A stretch of 64,000 nucleotides of DNA from Candidatus Melainabacteria bacterium 17Bon1m (GTDB lineage: Bacteria > Cyanobacteriota > Vampirovibrionia > Obscuribacterales > Obscuribacteraceae): positions 1-64,000 of the forward strand of contig JAVLKG010000007.1 of assembly GCA_032128875.1 (NCBI GenBank), in the 5' to 3' direction. Below the pieces are notes generated by a model. That model did not search any database and was not told the DNA's origin. It saw only the letters and a list, made by a program, of their open reading frames with translations. Below are positions 60,748 to 64,000 of this stretch, piece by piece. Both the position numbers and the translations under genes were made by a program. Position 1 is the stretch's first letter; every line of letters begins with the position of its first letter.

Positions 60748-60824
60748 AGTAAAAACTCAAAAGCGGCCGTGCATGATAGATTGATTGAAGGCATCCCGGC
60801 TCCCTTGCCTTCAATTTTTCTAGA

Positions 60825-61241
60825 ATGACAAATCCAATATCAGATGGTGAAGGCATTCTCCTCAATCGTCCGCAAAATGCTGCGCGGACGGATGAAGCGG
60901 TCGCAGCCGAACGAAAGAAACTACTGATCATTTACGGATCGTTTGTTGGTGTGCAGCTGGTCGTGTACTTGTGCACTTATTTGACTGTCCCTGGGTTCAT
61001 AACCCCCTTTCTCAACCACCCTATTGCACGCATTGTCATTTCAACGTTTTTTCTTTGGGAAGTTGGTTTGTGCGCACTGCACTTGTTTTTGGCACCCATA
61101 AGCAACTTTGGTCGTGCCGCAACTATTGCCGTGGTTGTGCTGATCGGGATTATTCCGAATATTATGCTTCCCATGCTCGGCCCGGCTTGCATCGTAATTC
61201 TCAGCGCGCTGGGACCAGCTATACTAGCCCCTTTTCTATAA
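60825..61241 (+). CDS. Small membrane protein
   Basis: Three hydrophobic segments; paralogous to the next gene. Confidence 0.6.
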   Translation: MTNPISDGEGILLNRPQNAARTDEAVAAERKKLLIIYGSFVGVQLVVYLCTYLTVPGFITPFLNHPIARIVISTFFLWEVGLCALHLFLAPISNFGRAATIAVVVLIGIIPNIMLPMLGPACIVILSALGPAILAPFL

Positions 61242-61249
61242 GACAGGAA

Positions 61250-61684
61250 ATGAAAGAGCGCTTATCCGAGCCTGTTCGCAACGAACTACTAGCAATCCGA
61301 AAAACTTACACTCGCATAGTTTTGGTCCAATGCACTTTTTTCATACTCCTGATCATTGCGTCGCCGTCGTACCTAATTCCCCTGCTGAAACATGAAAAAG
61401 CCATTCCATGGGAAATTGGGATCGTGTGCGCTGAAGCCCTTTTGATTTGGACACACGAAATGTTGAGACCAATCTCGAGATGGAAGCGAATCTCTTGCTA
61501 CGCAATCACACTAATGTTTGGAGTCGCACCCACAAGCCTTATTCCTTTGATTGGGCCTGCCATCGTTACTGTTTCAAACTCTCTCTGTAACGGACTCGTA
61601 GGTGGCGGAAGTCTCCAGTATTTTGAAACCAGCCAGCGAGACAGCGTTTCCAAGACCAGGAAAAGTGGCGGCTCTTCGTGGTAA
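61250..61684 (+). CDS. Small membrane protein, tandem paralogue
   Basis: PSYLIPLLKH / PGFITPFLNH and LIPLIGPA / MLPMLGPA shared. Confidence 0.55.
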   Translation: MKERLSEPVRNELLAIRKTYTRIVLVQCTFFILLIIASPSYLIPLLKHEKAIPWEIGIVCAEALLIWTHEMLRPISRWKRISCYAITLMFGVAPTSLIPLIGPAIVTVSNSLCNGLVGGGSLQYFETSQRDSVSKTRKSGGSSW

Positions 61685-61705
61685 GACATATAGTGTCTAC
61701 CTTCG

Positions 61706-62518
61706 ATGCACCGGAGTTTTATAGTGGCATCCCACGGACGCAACCAAATTGCGCATCCGCTTTCAAATTCGAATCGTCGCATTAAGCGGCGATTTTCTGC
61801 GTTTTTGCCAACACTTCTAGCGTTGGTTAGTTTGCCTGCACTTTCGGTTGCAAGCCTTGCTGGTTCCTACACCTCTCCGCACGGACCCGAACCGTTTTAC
61901 CCGCGCTTCCTCGTTTCTCCCATGCGCGACGATATTCCATATTCGCCGGTTGGTATGGGTTTGGTCACATCGAAAGCTGGATTTAGAATTCACCCCGTGA
62001 CAGGGCGTGGCGACTTTCACTCGGGCGTCGACTTGGGCGCGAATCTCAATCAAGAAGTCTACAACTTGCTCGATGGACAAGTGATTCGTGTCGGTTGGCG
62101 AGGCGCGCTCGGATATCACGTCGAAGTCCTTCATCCATATCCTTATCCTGGCATTCGCACAATCTGCGGTCACTTGAACGCATTTTGCGTACGACCCGGA
62201 GAATGGGTTTGTCGCGGTCGCGTTTTGGGATATGCAGGAACGACCGGACGCTCTACTGGCGTACACGTGCACTACACGGTCGTTAGAGCGGACACGAAAG
62301 AATTGATCGATCCGATGGAATATTTACAGCTCGTACCTAAATATGTAAAAGCGCTGAAGACTGCGCAGTATCAAGCGGCGATTGCATTCTACAAACAGAA
62401 CGCGAAGAAAAATCTGGACAAGGTAAAACCTCTTGACTTGGGCGATGAGGAAGAAGAGCCCAAGGAAGAGGAGAAAAAACCACCTAATAAAAAGGAAGAG
62501 CCTTACGAAATTCCGTAA
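61706..62518 (+). CDS. M23 peptidase
   Basis: RIHPVTG, HSGVDL, GRSTGVHVHY; start uncertain. Confidence 0.88.
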   Translation: MHRSFIVASHGRNQIAHPLSNSNRRIKRRFSAFLPTLLALVSLPALSVASLAGSYTSPHGPEPFYPRFLVSPMRDDIPYSPVGMGLVTSKAGFRIHPVTGRGDFHSGVDLGANLNQEVYNLLDGQVIRVGWRGALGYHVEVLHPYPYPGIRTICGHLNAFCVRPGEWVCRGRVLGYAGTTGRSTGVHVHYTVVRADTKELIDPMEYLQLVPKYVKALKTAQYQAAIAFYKQNAKKNLDKVKPLDLGDEEEEPKEEEKKPPNKKEEPYEIP

Positions 62519-62601
62519 GGTGATTTCTCTAAATTACCGTTGGGTCGCCGTCATGCGTCGACCGTTTTTTAGCACCATGCGTTTTGTCACCAATCTGATC
62601 C

Positions 62602-62653
62602 ATGTCGGCGAGCCGCCGACATATCAATGATCAATGTCGGCGAGACGCCGACA
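62602..62653. repeat. Two tandem hairpins between convergent genes
   Basis: TGTCGGCG-AGC-CGCCGACA and TGTCGGCG-AGA-CGCCGACA. Confidence 0.65.
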
Positions 62654-62660
62654 CCTATGA

Positions 62661-63974
62661 TCAATTGATCAAATACAGATTGCCGTCTTGCGAACCAACG
62701 AAGACTCCCGAAGATGAAATTGATGGCGAGCTGACGATCGGTCTTTGTGTTTTGTACTTCCATTTGATTCCGCCGTTGCGGCAATCAATCGCGTAAAGGT
62801 TCGCGTCCGAACTTCCGACATACAACATATTACCGGCGATTGCGGGCGACGATGAAAGCAGAGGCACTGGACTATTCAATTGGGTTTTCCAAAGCATTTT
62901 TCCAGTTTGCGCATCGAGACAATACATTTTCAAATCGTCATTGCCGACAAAAACTTTTCCATTTGCACCTACGGGCGAAACGCTGTAACTCTCAGCCCCT
63001 GGCACTTTCCATTTCAACTTGCCCGTTGTTAGATCGACGCAGTAGAAATTTTTGTCCCAGCCGCCAGTGTAAACATGCCCATCCATTATTAGTGGAGACG
63101 AGAAGATTTTGCTCCCTGTCTTGAATTGCCACTCGAGCGTTCCATCATTCATGCTCAATTTATAGATGTATCCTCCGTGCGAAGTGACGATGATCGAATC
63201 ACCGGTCATTCCAGGTGACGACGTAATGCGCCCCTCGCCTTGGAATTTCCACTTCACCGCACCGCTGTGAATATCGACAGCATATACATTTCCATCCCAG
63301 CCACCGACATACGCGACTCCACTAAACACTGAAGGAGAAGATGAGATGCGGTCTTGCGTGTCCATCGTCCACATGATCTTTCCGGTCTTCGCGTTGACGC
63401 CATACAATTTTTTGTCTTCGCATCCAACAACGACCACATCGTCATCGACTGCCGGTGAGGATTTCACCTTGTCGCCCAGTTTTGCTCTCCAGACCAATCG
63501 GCCGGTATTTTCAGCAAGCGCATAAAGGTAGCCATCATCGGAGCCCACATAAACAGCGCCCTTATAGACTGCTGCGGAAGTGTCGACAGCACCCTCGGCA
63601 GGAAAACTCCAACGCAAATTTCCTTTTGGCACAAAAGACATGAGCGAACCAAAGCCGGTATGGTTCGGATTTTGCAGATACATCTGCCAACCGTTTTTAA
63701 AATGCTCTTGCAGATTAACTGACGACTTAGTCACTTGGGCCTTATGAACATCGGCCGGAATAGGACTTGCGGGTTTTGGCTCTGCACCTGCCACAGGGGC
63801 GGCCTTCTTAACTTGTGTGATCGAAGTTTTTGCAGGATCGTTTGAAGGCTTTGCAGACTGGGTAGTCGCAGTCGTTTTATCTTGCGATTGCGCGAATGCA
63901 GCACAGGGACTGAATCCGCAAACTATCGTCACAATTGAAGCGGTGATGATGCGATCAAAATCACAAGTTGTCAT
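62661..63974 (-). CDS. Secreted PQQ-like beta-propeller repeat protein (BamB-like fold)
   Basis: Signal peptide; repeated SSP....VYVGSxDGxLYAxDxxTGxxxW units. Confidence 0.88.
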   Translation of the reverse strand: MTTCDFDRIITASIVTIVCGFSPCAAFAQSQDKTTATTQSAKPSNDPAKTSITQVKKAAPVAGAEPKPASPIPADVHKAQVTKSSVNLQEHFKNGWQMYLQNPNHTGFGSLMSFVPKGNLRWSFPAEGAVDTSAAVYKGAVYVGSDDGYLYALAENTGRLVWRAKLGDKVKSSPAVDDDVVVVGCEDKKLYGVNAKTGKIMWTMDTQDRISSSPSVFSGVAYVGGWDGNVYAVDIHSGAVKWKFQGEGRITSSPGMTGDSIIVTSHGGYIYKLSMNDGTLEWQFKTGSKIFSSPLIMDGHVYTGGWDKNFYCVDLTTGKLKWKVPGAESYSVSPVGANGKVFVGNDDLKMYCLDAQTGKMLWKTQLNSPVPLLSSSPAIAGNMLYVGSSDANLYAIDCRNGGIKWKYKTQRPIVSSPSISSSGVFVGSQDGNLYLIN

Positions 63975-64000
63975 GAGAATTTTCCTTCTTCGCGCAGGCA

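Noticed and set aside
62661-63974. PQQ-repeat protein as the methanol-dehydrogenase client of the mxa-like modules
   Set aside because: Generic BamB-like propeller without recognisable quinoprotein catalytic features, 16 kb away and in a different codon style.

Overview
Bacterial chromosomal window. The gatB, prfB and Mla sequences look cyanobacteria-like and no photosynthesis genes are present, so a non-photosynthetic relative (Vampirovibrionia/Melainabacteria) is plausible; this is inference only. The flanks carry ordinary genes: a DmpA-type peptidase, a PfkB kinase, an FAD oxidoreductase, prfB with a +1 frameshift, mgtE, an M50 protease, mlaEFD, gatB, an M23 peptidase and a PQQ-like propeller. 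The centre (~12.8-46.9 kb) is a visibly GC-richer block with C-ending codons, built around AAA+ ATPase/vWA pairs. It contains (i) a prkA-prkA-yeaH-spoVR operon preceded by a ~350-nt almost fully base-paired leader and followed by a Zn-finger/chagasin-like gene, and (ii) two convergent, paralogous vWA-TPR-vWA-MoxR-DUF58-membrane-protein modules (Bat/mxaRSACKL-like). One module continues into two S41 proteases and a ParB-N-like gene, the other into a rhomboid protease. Most of the longer intergenic spacers in these operons are filled with RNA-type hairpins (G.U pairs, GNRA loops). One spacer has a leader peptide overlapping mutually exclusive anti-SD stems. No rRNA, tRNA, CRISPR array, integrase or transposase was seen. 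All calls come from reading motifs by eye; no searches or folding were run.
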